From Candidatus Kaiserbacteria bacterium (GTDB taxonomy: Bacteria; Patescibacteriota; Minisyncoccia; Phycocordibacterales; Phycocordibacteraceae): a stretch of 64,000 nt of DNA. The DNA lies in contig JARIGM010000017.1 of assembly GCA_029288865.1 (NCBI GenBank), positions 7,131 to 71,130 on the forward strand, read 5' to 3'. The notes beneath the pieces were generated by a model that saw nothing but the letters and a program-made list of their open reading frames with translations, did not search any database and was not told the origin of the DNA. This document shows, in pieces, positions 1-10,020 of the stretch. The translations under genes were made by a program, and so were the position numbers. The stretch's first letter is position 1. Every line of letters starts with the position of its first letter.

Positions 1-578
1 AGTTCGTAGTGCTCGAGAACGTAAAGGGTATCTATACCCACGACCAGGGCAGGACATTCGCGAGCGTGTTCAAGCTGCTCTCGTCGGCCGGATACAGCGT
101 CCGGGCGGTGCTGCTCAATTCCGCGCACTACGGCTCGGCGCAGGCTCGAGAGCGCGTGCTCTTCCTCTGCCGACGCGGGCAGGATTTTCCCGAAGAGAAT
201 CCCGTCATTCGCGACGACACCAAGCGCTTCCGGGATTTCCGCGGCGCTTACGGTCCCAAAGAGAAGCTGTCCGCCAAGACGCTCACCCGGTTCGTCGCGA
301 GCGGCGGAAAAGGATTCGAGCTGATCGGCGGATACGACCGGGTGAACACGCTCACAACGGGCGTATCGAGCAGCGGGCGCAGGATGCTCGTCACGCAGGA
401 CGATGGGGTGTTCCGAAAGATCACCTGCAGGGAGGCGGAACTCCTGCAAGGATTCCCGGAAGGATGGACGGAGGGCGAGAGCATGGCGAACAGATGGTTC
501 GCGCTCGGCAACGCGGTGAATTGCGCAGTTAGCGACTACCTTTTCACCGACTACTTGAAGCGTCTGTGGTCGCTATAA
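1..578 (+). CDS. DNA (cytosine-5)-methyltransferase, C-terminal part (5' end outside window)
   Basis: Motif VI ENV, motif VIII QARERV, motif IX-X REAELLQGFP...GNAV. Confidence 0.88.
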   Translation, partial: FVVLENVKGIYTHDQGRTFASVFKLLSSAGYSVRAVLLNSAHYGSAQARERVLFLCRRGQDFPEENPVIRDDTKRFRDFRGAYGPKEKLSAKTLTRFVASGGKGFELIGGYDRVNTLTTGVSSSGRRMLVTQDDGVFRKITCREAELLQGFPEGWTEGESMANRWFALGNAVNCAVSDYLFTDYLKRLWSL

Positions 579-595
579 CCACATAAAGATGCAGG

Positions 596-1123
596 ATGAA
601 GAAATCTCGAGAACAGGTAAGTCTCTACACTGCGAACATCAGGAAGCTGATGGTCGTTCAACACGACATGCCTGTCGTCGAGATGCAGAAGCAGCTTGAG
701 AAGCTCGGCCTTCGCCTCGACGTGCATTACATCGCGCGCTTGAGGGACAAGATACTCGGCGAGCGCGCGAAGCGGGCAGACAGGATGGCTCTCAATTCCG
801 CACTCGCTGCGTTCCAGGACGTGCTTACGGAGACAACGCATATGGCCTGGCAGATAGCCCTGTCCCCTCAGTCGACGAAGCGCGAACGACTGGCTGCTCT
901 AAAGGAGATTCGAGAGGCCCACAAGGACGTCTTCGACAAGCTCTTCGATGCTGGCGTGTTCAACCGCAAGCTCGGCACATTCGAGGCGGACGTACGCGCT
1001 CGACCACTCATGCCGGAAGTAGAGACGGAGATTCTTGAAGCGTTCCAACGATGGGGCGTATTCCCTGAAGCACATGCAAACGATGGAAAAGAACCAGCCG
1101 AATCTAGCGCAGCAGTTCAGTAG
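596..1123 (+). CDS. Putative terminase small subunit
   Basis: 175-aa helical, basic protein directly upstream of and overlapping the large terminase ORF; position-based call. Confidence 0.55.
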   Translation: MKKSREQVSLYTANIRKLMVVQHDMPVVEMQKQLEKLGLRLDVHYIARLRDKILGERAKRADRMALNSALAAFQDVLTETTHMAWQIALSPQSTKRERLAALKEIREAHKDVFDKLFDAGVFNRKLGTFEADVRARPLMPEVETEILEAFQRWGVFPEAHANDGKEPAESSAAVQ

Positions 1124-2501
1124 CCCTGCGCTGCGCGCGAAGCTCCGCAAGAGCCTTGCGGGATTCTGCCTCATATACCTGCGCCACGCGTTTTATTTGC
1201 CGCCTGGAATCTTCCATCGAGAGCTGGTGAACGAACTCGAAGACCCAAGCGTCCAGTTCCTCGAAGTGATGGGGTTCCGCGGATCGGCAAAGAGCACGCT
1301 CGGATCGTTCGCTCTTCCGCTTTGGGCAGCGCTCGAGAAGCCGGAGCTATTCCCGTTCATCATCCTCATTGCCGACACGGGACTGCAGACCGCGCTCAAC
1401 GTGGCGAACATAAAGAACGAGCTTGATACCAACCTGCTCATCAAGCAGGACTACGGAAACATCTCGGGAGAATTCGTGCAGGACTGGTCGCTAGAGAGCG
1501 AGGAAGACTGGCAGAGCAAGAACATGCTGCTCTCGAATGGCGTGCGCATCATGGCCCGCTCTCGCAACCAGAAAGTCCGTGGTCTGCGCCATAAGGAGCA
1601 TCGTCCGAAGCTAGTCGTAGTAGACGACCCGGAAGACTTGGAATGGGTGCGCACGAAAGAGAACAGGGATAAGACGGATCGCTGGTTCACAGGCGAGGTG
1701 ATACCGGCTATGGATGCGAGAAGCCGAAAGCTGGTGCTCATCGGCAACATGCTCCATACCGATGCCCTCATGTCGCGAGTGAAGAAGAAGGGGCAGTTCA
1801 AAGTGCTCGAGTATCCGCTCGTAAAAGACGGGATATGTCAGTGGCCATCGATGTATCCGACCGAGGAGTCGCTACATACGCAGAGGATTCTTCTCGGAGA
1901 AGTGGCCTGGCAGCGCGAGATGCTGCTGCGAGTGGTGCCGGACGAAGGCCAGGAAGTGAAGCCGGAAGAAATTCACTTCTATGACGCGCTTCCTGCTGAA
2001 GCCTCGCTTATCGGAACCGGCATCGACTACGCGATCAGCAAGAAAGAGGGAGCTGACTATACGTCGATGGTATCCGGCTCTCTCACATACGAGAACGAGC
2101 ATCCGTATATCGACATCCATCCATTCCCGATAAATGCACGACTCGATATGCAAGAGACAGTAAGCACCGCTCAAGCCCTGCATCAGAGTTTCGGCGGCAA
2201 CAGCGTGCTCTTTGCGGAGGAGGTGGCGTATCAAAAAGCAGCGAATGACGAGATGGAACGCAAGGGCTTGCCCGTCGAGCGAATGAGGCCGATCAAAGAC
2301 AAGCGCGCACGCTTACGCGTTGCTGCGATCTACATCAAGAACGGCACGGTGCGGTTTCCGCAGACAGGATGTGAAGACCTGCTCCTGCAATTATTCGGTT
2401 TCGGTGTCGAAGAGCATGACGACATGCTCGACGCGCTGGTATATCTGATTCTCGGCTTGGTCGGCCAGGGACTTGAGATGGAAGAAGTAATCGCTATATG
2501 A
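1035..2501 (+). CDS. terL: Terminase large subunit (true start possibly 1074 or 1083)
   Basis: Walker A-like GFRGSAKS, Walker B VVVDDPE, RNase H-like nuclease motifs GIDYA and HDDMLDA. Confidence 0.9.
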   Translation: MKRSNDGAYSLKHMQTMEKNQPNLAQQFSSPALRAKLRKSLAGFCLIYLRHAFYLPPGIFHRELVNELEDPSVQFLEVMGFRGSAKSTLGSFALPLWAALEKPELFPFIILIADTGLQTALNVANIKNELDTNLLIKQDYGNISGEFVQDWSLESEEDWQSKNMLLSNGVRIMARSRNQKVRGLRHKEHRPKLVVVDDPEDLEWVRTKENRDKTDRWFTGEVIPAMDARSRKLVLIGNMLHTDALMSRVKKKGQFKVLEYPLVKDGICQWPSMYPTEESLHTQRILLGEVAWQREMLLRVVPDEGQEVKPEEIHFYDALPAEASLIGTGIDYAISKKEGADYTSMVSGSLTYENEHPYIDIHPFPINARLDMQETVSTAQALHQSFGGNSVLFAEEVAYQKAANDEMERKGLPVERMRPIKDKRARLRVAAIYIKNGTVRFPQTGCEDLLLQLFGFGVEEHDDMLDALVYLILGLVGQGLEMEEVIAI

Positions 2502-2752
2502 ACACGCAACAGAACCCAGAAATCCCGCGCAAGCATGCGCTCATCACAGCCGAGCAAGAGGCTCTTTTGCGCGCGTTCGAGCAGGCGAAGAAGATGTCCT
2601 TTGGAGAGATCACCATTTTCGTGCAGAGCGCGAAGATAACCCGGTACGAGATCAGGAAGTCGCAGCTCAATACCGATGCCCAAAAGGGCAATGCGGAGAT
2701 GCTTACGGCTGCCGGGGAAGACCTAAATGAGTTTGAAACTATAGCGATTTAG
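2498..2752 (+). CDS. Small hypothetical protein (DUF2292/YezD-like)
   Basis: 84 aa, ATGA overlap with terL stop; FGEITIFVQSAKITRYE resembles the DUF2292 core. Confidence 0.45.
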   Translation: MNTQQNPEIPRKHALITAEQEALLRAFEQAKKMSFGEITIFVQSAKITRYEIRKSQLNTDAQKGNAEMLTAAGEDLNEFETIAI

Positions 2753-2867
2753 ACTTGTCCACAGAGGTCGATTTTTACTCCTTACGCGCCCGGAGGTATA
2801 CTTAGTGCACAACTGAATATGGGAAGGCGTCCGGGTCTCTATCCGGCGCTCCGAATCGAAAAACGAT

Positions 2868-2905
2868 AGGAGCGGCCACGACAGCAATGTCGGGCCGCTC
2901 CTTTT
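2868..2905 (+). terminator. Terminator/attenuator-like hairpin upstream of portal
   Basis: AGGAGCGGCC-A-CGACA-GCAA-TGTCG-GGCCGCTCCT followed by TTT; GNRA loop. Confidence 0.5.
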
Positions 2906-2922
2906 CGTATTCAGGCAATGAA

Positions 2923-5103
2923 ATGCCTGAACTATTCCAAAAAATCTTCACAAGAATCACCAAAGGCTTAACGCCTGGTCTCGGCATCGCTGATGTCGGC
3001 AATGACCCTTTTCTGTCGTGGTCTTCAACGAAGCGCGTCACCGCGGCGAAAGCGATGTCCATCTACAACGGGTGGGTATACGCGTGTACGCGCGCTATTG
3101 CGGAAGAAATCGCCAATATGCAATGGCGTCTCTTCAAAGTCTCGAAGGACGGAGACGATGAAGAAGTTTTTGAGCACGAGCTTCTCGATCTGCTCGACGG
3201 GGTGAATGAATTCCAGACCGGCTACGAGCTCAAGTACACCATGGGCGCGCATCTCGAGCTTGCAGGCAACGCTTACATATTCCTCGACGGCGTGGAGTCC
3301 GAAGGGGGAAAGCCTAAGGCGATCTATCCGCTGAATCCATCCGGCGTGCGCATCATCGTCGACCGTTCTTCGTTCCCGAGCCGCATTTCCAAATACGTTT
3401 ACACGGAGAAGGGAAAGCAATACGAATTCCAGCCGTACCAAGTCCTCCATCTCAAGTACCCCGATCCGAGCGATCCCGAAGAAGGGATCGGCACGGTGCA
3501 GTCCATAGCGAGCTGGATAGATGCCGATAACTACGCAATGGAATTCAATCGTCGCTTCTTCCAGAACGGCGCTCGCATAGGCGGCGTGCTCGAGAGCGAG
3601 AACGCGCGTACGAGCGCGCAACTCGACTACATCAAGAAGTCTTTCGAGGCGATCCACAAGGGATACGACAGCGCCTACAAGACACTTGTGCTTCCGAAAG
3701 GCACGAAGTATACGCAGGCATCAGAAAGCCAGAAGGATATGGATTTCGCCAACCTGATGGACATGATGCGCGATCGCGTACTCGCAGGATTCCGCGTGCC
3801 TCGCACGGTGCTAGGCATCACCGACGATGTGAACCGCGCAAATGCCGAGGCGACAAACTATGTGTTCGCGCTGAGAACGATTAAGCCAAAAATGGAACTC
3901 ATCGTTTCGTACCTCAACGAGTTCCTTGTGCCGCGCTACGGGGACGACCTGTACCTCGACTTCGAAGACCCGGTGCCGGAGAACACCGAACTCAAGATTC
4001 AGGAGATGCAGGCATCGGGAAGCGTACTCTCCCCGAACGAACAGCGTGAGCGGTACTTCGGCTATTCGCCGATCGAGAACGGAGACGAGGTAATGGTGCC
4101 TTTCAGCGTAGTGCCTCTCGGTGCGCCAAAGCAACAGCCAACCAAATCGCGAAAGCCCGGAATCAAGGGTCGCAGCCGTCCGTCCGTGAAGTACGCGCGT
4201 GCAGCAAAGATGCGCAAAGAGCTGTCCAAGGAGTTTGCGGATCGAGTGGTAGCGAATCTCAAGGAAATGGGAGAACGGCAGAAGTCGATAGCAGAGAAAC
4301 ATATATCCGATCTCACTTCCGAAGAATACGAAGTCGTATACCGCGGCTTCGCCTTGCGCGTGAACAACTACGTAAAGCTGCTCTCTTCCGGCATCCGCAA
4401 ATTCAACAAGGGCCAGCACGAGCGCGTGCTGAAGAATCTCACAGACGCCATCAAGAGCGTGAAGAACGCAAAAGGTATCGACGCGGGTACGCTCATGAAC
4501 CTCGACGATGAAATAGCGATCACTATCGCACTCGCAACGCCCGTGCTTAGCGATCTGTACGACAAGGAAAGCCGTGCTGCGGCGGCATCACTCGGCATCG
4601 ACGAATTCGACATACTCGCTAACCCGGCGGTAAAGCGCGCGCTCGATCGAGCCATCGAACTCATGTCCAAGAGCTACAACGAGACCACTCTCGGACTCCT
4701 CAAGAGCAAGCTCGACGAAGGCATAAGCCAGGGCGCGTCCATAGGTGAACTCACGAACCTGGTCTCGCAGATTTACGAATACAGCGATGAGTCGCGCGCA
4801 GAGATGGTGGCGCGTACCGAAGCGTTCCGAGTCGCGAATGACTCGACCAAGCAGACCTGGAAGCAGTCAGGGGTTGTGAAGTCGATGCGCTGGTATACGG
4901 CCGAAGACGAGATGGTCTGTCCGTTATGCGGGCCGCTCGACGGGAAGGTCGTGTCGATAGACCAGAACTTCTTCGACAAGGGCGACACGGTGCAGGGAAG
5001 CGATGGCTCGTCGCTCGACCTGTCGTACGACGATGTCGGCGCTCCTCCGCTCCATCCCGATTGCCGCTGCTACGTGCGGCCGGAGGAGCTGACGGATGAA
5101 TAA
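2923..5103 (+). CDS. HK97-type portal protein fused to a Mu gpF/SPP1 gp7-like head morphogenesis domain
   Basis: Portal motifs VYACTRAIA, GNAY, FFQNGA, FRVP, NRANAE, SPNE; C-terminal RAEMVARTE...W...CPLCGPLDG...PPLHPDCRC typical of Phage_Mu_F. Confidence 0.88.
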   Translation: MPELFQKIFTRITKGLTPGLGIADVGNDPFLSWSSTKRVTAAKAMSIYNGWVYACTRAIAEEIANMQWRLFKVSKDGDDEEVFEHELLDLLDGVNEFQTGYELKYTMGAHLELAGNAYIFLDGVESEGGKPKAIYPLNPSGVRIIVDRSSFPSRISKYVYTEKGKQYEFQPYQVLHLKYPDPSDPEEGIGTVQSIASWIDADNYAMEFNRRFFQNGARIGGVLESENARTSAQLDYIKKSFEAIHKGYDSAYKTLVLPKGTKYTQASESQKDMDFANLMDMMRDRVLAGFRVPRTVLGITDDVNRANAEATNYVFALRTIKPKMELIVSYLNEFLVPRYGDDLYLDFEDPVPENTELKIQEMQASGSVLSPNEQRERYFGYSPIENGDEVMVPFSVVPLGAPKQQPTKSRKPGIKGRSRPSVKYARAAKMRKELSKEFADRVVANLKEMGERQKSIAEKHISDLTSEEYEVVYRGFALRVNNYVKLLSSGIRKFNKGQHERVLKNLTDAIKSVKNAKGIDAGTLMNLDDEIAITIALATPVLSDLYDKESRAAAASLGIDEFDILANPAVKRALDRAIELMSKSYNETTLGLLKSKLDEGISQGASIGELTNLVSQIYEYSDESRAEMVARTEAFRVANDSTKQTWKQSGVVKSMRWYTAEDEMVCPLCGPLDGKVVSIDQNFFDKGDTVQGSDGSSLDLSYDDVGAPPLHPDCRCYVRPEELTDE

Positions 5104-5143
5104 AGAAATTATCAAGAAAACCTAAAGAAAACATCAAGAAGTT

Positions 5144-6166
5144 ATGAACGAAATCCTAAAAAAGTTCAGCGAAGAAGCAAAAGCGAAGCTCGTCGCGGCT
5201 CTTTCGACGACCGAAGTCGCCGATTTCATAGCCAAGACCAAGGCGGCGGACGAGTCGGGGCGCTTCCGCGTGGTCATTTCGACCGCAGACCTCGACAGGC
5301 AGGGCGAGATCGTCGACCAGAACGGCTGGGATCTCAACAACTACCTGCAGAACCCGGTCGTCCTCTGGGGACATGACTACTACGCGCTGCCGATCGGCGT
5401 ATGCGACAAGATCAGCATCGAAGACATCGGCAACGGCAGGCAGGGCCTTGTCGCCGAGGGCAAGTTCGCTCCTGCGGACGCGAACCCGTTCGCGCAACAG
5501 GTGCGCAAGCTCTATGACGCAGGCATCGTCCGCACGACATCGGTCGGCTTCATCGTCGGCGAGATGCAGGGCAACACTGTCACCAAGGCGGAGCTGCTCG
5601 AATTCTCGTTCGTTCCCGTTCCAGCGAACCCATACGCCCTATCTCTTTCGCAGGCAAAGGAACTCGACCTCGACATGGAGATGCTCTCGATAAAGGGCCT
5701 CAAGTTCGAGGAGAAAGCGGAGCCTCCGCAAGAAGGTGATGCTTGCACGCTCGACGGAGGCGAAGAGGGAACCATGCAGAGCGATGGGAACGGAGCGCTC
5801 GTGTGCATGCCGAAACCAAAAGCGGCGGAAGAGCCTGAAGCTGCCGAACCGGAAGAGGAAGAGAAGACGGCAACGCCTCTTTCCGAGAAGACGAAGACCG
5901 CTATCAGCGAGGCCATCGACGCGGCCAAAGCGTCGATCGCCGCCTTGGAGGAGCTGCTCACAGCAGGCTACCTCCAGGGTGACGAAGGGGAAGACGAGCT
6001 CGATGGAGTTCCCCCGAAACAAAGGTCGACCCCTACAGGATCAGCGATCGCCGGTTTCGAAGACTGGCGGTTCACGCGCGAGGTCTTGCAGGCAATAGCA
6101 ACCTCTGCAAGCGGCGCGCTCGAGCGGTTCAACAAGACCGCGCGGGAGCACGCTCAGCGGAATTAA
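5144..6166 (+). CDS. HK97-family prohead protease with acidic C-terminal extension
   Basis: STADLDRQGE, NPVVLWGH, SVGF, ELLEFSFVPVPANP motifs. Confidence 0.9.
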   Translation: MNEILKKFSEEAKAKLVAALSTTEVADFIAKTKAADESGRFRVVISTADLDRQGEIVDQNGWDLNNYLQNPVVLWGHDYYALPIGVCDKISIEDIGNGRQGLVAEGKFAPADANPFAQQVRKLYDAGIVRTTSVGFIVGEMQGNTVTKAELLEFSFVPVPANPYALSLSQAKELDLDMEMLSIKGLKFEEKAEPPQEGDACTLDGGEEGTMQSDGNGALVCMPKPKAAEEPEAAEPEEEEKTATPLSEKTKTAISEAIDAAKASIAALEELLTAGYLQGDEGEDELDGVPPKQRSTPTGSAIAGFEDWRFTREVLQAIATSASGALERFNKTAREHAQRN

Positions 6167-6172
6167 ATCTAT

Positions 6173-7363
6173 ATGGACGAAAAACAACTCACTCAACTCA
6201 AAGACGTGATGGGGAATGTCTTCGACGAACTGATGCAGCAGAAGCTCGCTCCGTTCGTCGGCGACCTCACCGCGCAGAAGACCAAGGAGATCGTGGAGAA
6301 GCTCCGCACGGAGCGCAATCTTTACGGCCATGACCGCACGGGCCTCACCGAGAAGCAGAAGAAGGATTTCGCCGAGGTGGTGAAGGCCGCAGCCCTCAAG
6401 CTGCAGGTCGATACCAAGGCCAACGAAGCCCTGCTCGAAGAGCAGGACAACCGCGGCGGTATCCTCGTCTCCCGCGAAGTGGCGAATGCGATCACTCGCA
6501 TCGCCGCGTCGGTAGGCATCGTCATGAGTCAGGCCGCCAAGTGGGACCTGACCACCGACGAGCTGGGCATCCCGAACTACACCGGATCGTTCCTCGAGGG
6601 CGAGTACCTCGGAGTCGATGCGGGCGGTTCGCTCACGGCCCTCACGTTCGGCGCAGCGAACCTCATCGTCAAGAAGTGGCAGCTCGCGTTCGTCGTCGGC
6701 AACGACCTCCTGGTCGATGCCTCGGTGAACCTCGCGGACTGGCTTCTCGCGCTCGGAGGCGAGGCGCTTGCGAACATGGTCGACAAGCAGACCTTCACCG
6801 GCGCCGGGTCTCCGTTCATCGGGTTGCAGAACAACCCTGATGTCGCGACCTGGACGATGCCGACCGGAGAAACCGGATTCGACAAGTTCAATCCGATCAG
6901 CGACAGCTCCGATGTCATCGGCCAGCTCGAAGAGTCAGTCCTCGACGGCGCAGCCTTCTACTTCCACCGCACGGTGTGGGCGAAGATTCGCGCGGCAAAG
7001 GACGGCGCAGGCAACTACATTCTGCCGTTCGGCGGAGTGGCTTCTCCTGCAGTTCTTCAGAACAACCCGACCGGCGGGGGCGTGAAGCCGGCGGGCGAGA
7101 TGCTCGGATTCCCGGTATTCACCGTTCGCCACCTTCCGGCGTACAGCGCTTCCGGCACGAGCAAGCTCTTCGGCGTCTTCGGCAACATGAAGGCCCAGGC
7201 GTACGGAGACAAGGGCGAAATGCGCGTGTCGCAGTTCGAGAGCGGCAACTTCTCGGGAGAGATCGCGCTCAAGGATCAGCGCGCGCTGGTCTACAAGCAC
7301 CGCCACGCGCTCGTGACGGCTCTTGCGGCCGCGTTCGTGAACATCAAGACGGCTGCATCGTAG
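6173..7363 (+). CDS. Major capsid protein, HK97 fold
   Basis: Position after protease; 396 aa; GGILVSRE, KDGAGNYI, MLGFPV, VFGNM motifs. Confidence 0.88.
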   Translation: MDEKQLTQLKDVMGNVFDELMQQKLAPFVGDLTAQKTKEIVEKLRTERNLYGHDRTGLTEKQKKDFAEVVKAAALKLQVDTKANEALLEEQDNRGGILVSREVANAITRIAASVGIVMSQAAKWDLTTDELGIPNYTGSFLEGEYLGVDAGGSLTALTFGAANLIVKKWQLAFVVGNDLLVDASVNLADWLLALGGEALANMVDKQTFTGAGSPFIGLQNNPDVATWTMPTGETGFDKFNPISDSSDVIGQLEESVLDGAAFYFHRTVWAKIRAAKDGAGNYILPFGGVASPAVLQNNPTGGGVKPAGEMLGFPVFTVRHLPAYSASGTSKLFGVFGNMKAQAYGDKGEMRVSQFESGNFSGEIALKDQRALVYKHRHALVTALAAAFVNIKTAAS

Positions 7364-7405
7364 CCGCCTGAACAGGTCGAAATTACCAAGCCAACACTCA
7401 CAACT

Positions 7406-7708
7406 ATGAGCGAGGAAACAAAGAACAAGTACCGAGTCCTCAAAGCGGTGGCCATTTCGGGAATCGTGCAGCGCGGCGTGATCGTCGAGCTCACGGATCG
7501 AGAAGCGACCAATATCGGTATCGGCGAATACCTCGAGGAAGTCTCCGATGAGGAGGATGCCTCGATCGAATCGCACGAGGCCACCGAAGAAGCGGCCGGC
7601 ACCTACGAGGAGCCGGAAGCCGAGGACTCGGAGAGCGAGCAAACCCCGACCGAAGAGTCCGGGTCTGCCCCAGCCGGCGAGGGCAGCGAAGAAGCAACCG
7701 GCAATTAG
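7406..7708 (+). CDS. Hypothetical phage protein with acidic low-complexity tail
   Basis: 100-aa ORF between capsid and neck genes. Confidence 0.6.
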   Translation: MSEETKNKYRVLKAVAISGIVQRGVIVELTDREATNIGIGEYLEEVSDEEDASIESHEATEEAAGTYEEPEAEDSESEQTPTEESGSAPAGEGSEEATGN

Positions 7709-7732
7709 CAGAACCGTAAGCACCAGAATCGT

Positions 7733-8155
7733 ATGCGTTCAGTCTATGACGGCGTAAAGGCAGTTCTCGGCATCGCACCGATCGCGCAAGCGAACGCGGA
7801 GGCGCTGTCGGGCGCTATCGATACGCTCGGCTACAACAGCGCGCTTGTCGAAGTGCAGACCGGAGCCGCAACCGGCACTCCTGACAGCTACTCCGTAGCT
7901 TGCAAGGTGACGGAATGCGACACATCCGGCGGCACGTACTCGGACATCAGCGGGGCAACCGCCACGCTCGATGCCAACGGCAAGCATGCGCAGATTCGCA
8001 TCGAGGGACTGGGCACCGGCCGTAAGCGCTATCTCAAGATCAGCATGACCCCTTCGTTCGTCAACGGCACTTCGCCGAAGGCGCTCATCGGAGCAACCGC
8101 TGTTCTCGGGCGCCCTTACAAGGAGCCGGTAGGCAATTCCTCGACCGAATCCTAG
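7733..8155 (+). CDS. Putative capsid decoration/structural protein
   Basis: 140-aa beta-rich ORF in head module (IDTLGY...RYLKI); function inferred from position. Confidence 0.5.
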   Translation: MRSVYDGVKAVLGIAPIAQANAEALSGAIDTLGYNSALVEVQTGAATGTPDSYSVACKVTECDTSGGTYSDISGATATLDANGKHAQIRIEGLGTGRKRYLKISMTPSFVNGTSPKALIGATAVLGRPYKEPVGNSSTES

Positions 8156-8221
8156 TCGAGCATCGGCCACTCCTTCCGACCAGATCGGAGGGAGGAGCGG
8201 GTGCTCAACCCGAACAACAAC

Positions 8222-8845
8222 ATGGCGGAAAAAATCTACGATCACGCACTCACAACGCTTCAGCGGATTAAAGACCGCTTGAACATAACCGCATCCGAGC
8301 ACGATGCGGTGCTTCAGCGACTCATAAACGCGGCGACCGACTATATCGAGAGCAACTGCGGAAGGCGATTCAAGAGCGCGAGCTATGTCGAGACGCATTC
8401 AGTCTTGAGCGGCATGCAGGAATATCTTGCGCTCAGGCAAATACCCGTCACTTCGTTCGCCAGCCTCGAATATCGCGCAGGCACGCCATCGACACCTCAA
8501 TGGACGGCATATCTCCCTGATGAATACGAGCTGCTTGAAGAAGGGGTTAGCGGAATCGTGCGCATGTACGGGGCATACCCGAGTCCGCTAAGCGCCTTCC
8601 GCGCGACATACACGGCCGGATACCTGTTCGATTTCGCAAACTTCGGCGATCCGAGCAAGCACAACCTTCCGGCAGACCTCACCGATCTCTGCGAGCGGAT
8701 GGTAGTGCGCTTCTGGAAGCGCCGCGAGAAGCCAGGCGTGATGAGCGAATCCATACGCGATTCCAGCGTGACCTGGAAGGACACGGTCGATGCGGACGAT
8801 CAGGACGTCATAAGCCGCTACGCGCGACTCCCACAATTCGTATGA
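8222..8845 (+). CDS. Head-tail connector (gp6-like)
   Basis: LTTLQRIKDRL...D...LINAATDYIESNCGR, TYTAGY, PADL, SESIRDSSVTW pattern. Confidence 0.8.
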   Translation: MAEKIYDHALTTLQRIKDRLNITASEHDAVLQRLINAATDYIESNCGRRFKSASYVETHSVLSGMQEYLALRQIPVTSFASLEYRAGTPSTPQWTAYLPDEYELLEEGVSGIVRMYGAYPSPLSAFRATYTAGYLFDFANFGDPSKHNLPADLTDLCERMVVRFWKRREKPGVMSESIRDSSVTWKDTVDADDQDVISRYARLPQFV

Positions 8846-9348
8846 GCGCTAACGCCTATTCCATCGAAATACGCGGACTTCCCGAATTGCAGCGGGCATT
8901 CAAGGACTACCCGAAGATCGCGGCACCGCGGCTTGCGAACGCGATAAATAAAGCACTCGCCATCCTTCAGAAGAACGCGACAAGCGATGTCCTTCAGTTC
9001 AAGACACCGCGCGGACTGCGCACCGGATACCTCCAAGCGAGCTGGGGCCAGCCCGGAGTGGGACTCGAACTCGCGAACACAGGGAAGCTGTCCGGTCGCA
9101 TCTGGTCGAACGCGCGGTACGCGCTCTTCGTGCACGAAGGCACAAGGCCGCACCTGATCGCGGTGGTGCGCAAGCGCGTGCTCGCGAATAAGAAGACCGG
9201 GGAAATCTTCGGAAGATTCGTCCACCATCCGGGAACGAAACCGAACCGCTTCCTACCTCGCATCATCGCGAAGTCCCAGGAAGAGATCGATACGGCATTC
9301 AAGCGCGCGGGCGAACTCGTCACGCAAGACCTCGCAACCAACACCTGA
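8842..9348 (+). CDS. HK97 gp10-like neck/tail completion protein
   Basis: RTGYLQAS, YALFVHEGT, HPGTKPNRFL motifs. Confidence 0.8.
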   Translation: MSANAYSIEIRGLPELQRAFKDYPKIAAPRLANAINKALAILQKNATSDVLQFKTPRGLRTGYLQASWGQPGVGLELANTGKLSGRIWSNARYALFVHEGTRPHLIAVVRKRVLANKKTGEIFGRFVHHPGTKPNRFLPRIIAKSQEEIDTAFKRAGELVTQDLATNT

Positions 9349-9349
9349 T

Positions 9350-9793
9350 ATGACCGCGCTCTCTACAACCATCAAGCAAGCAATAGCCGGGCATCTCGAT
9401 GCACTCAAGGAAGGCGGCACGCTCGGCGCGTATCTCGTGCAGGACTTCCGCGAGAACATCCTCGACACCGATTTCCCAGGATTCCCATGCGCCGTGCTCC
9501 TACCGCCCTCCATCGGAAGCGTCGAAGACACGAACGACTCGAACATGCGCACCTACACGTTCGACATCGTGTTCGTGCAGAAGAAGGAAAACCTTGCAAG
9601 CAGCACCGATCTCGAAGAGCTGATCGAAGCGGTGCTCGACGAGTTCGATAACGATGTCACGCTCGGCGGCGCGGCGACCGCGGGACTCCCGCCGTCCGCG
9701 AGCGAGCCGGACGAAGTCACCTCGGCAGACCAGACCTACGTGGCGTTCGTCGTCACGCTCCGGCCGCGAGCGATTAGAAACATAACCCTATAG
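9350..9793 (+). CDS. Putative tail terminator protein
   Basis: Acidic 147 aa between gp10-like gene and tail tube; FPCAV...D.TLGG pattern. Confidence 0.6.
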   Translation: MTALSTTIKQAIAGHLDALKEGGTLGAYLVQDFRENILDTDFPGFPCAVLLPPSIGSVEDTNDSNMRTYTFDIVFVQKKENLASSTDLEELIEAVLDEFDNDVTLGGAATAGLPPSASEPDEVTSADQTYVAFVVTLRPRAIRNITL

Positions 9794-9795
9794 CC

Positions 9796-10008
9796 ATGAT
9801 TACGAATTCAAAAAACAAGGCAGTCGAGAGTCCGAACAGCGAGCAGCTCGAGGACTATCACTTCGCGGGAAGCGGCGAGTACATCCCTCAGACCGTGCGC
9901 GCCAAGAGCAGGCAGGCGGCCGAAGAGGAATGGCGCCGCACCCGGAAGCCGGTCAACGCGCCGGAAGCGCCTGCGGCACAGACCGATCCACTACCAGAAC
10001 AACCTTAA
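9796..10008 (+). CDS. Hypothetical phage protein
   Basis: 70-aa ORF tightly packed in the tail operon. Confidence 0.55.
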   Translation: MITNSKNKAVESPNSEQLEDYHFAGSGEYIPQTVRAKSRQAAEEEWRRTRKPVNAPEAPAAQTDPLPEQP

Positions 10009-10020
10009 TCACCAACATTT

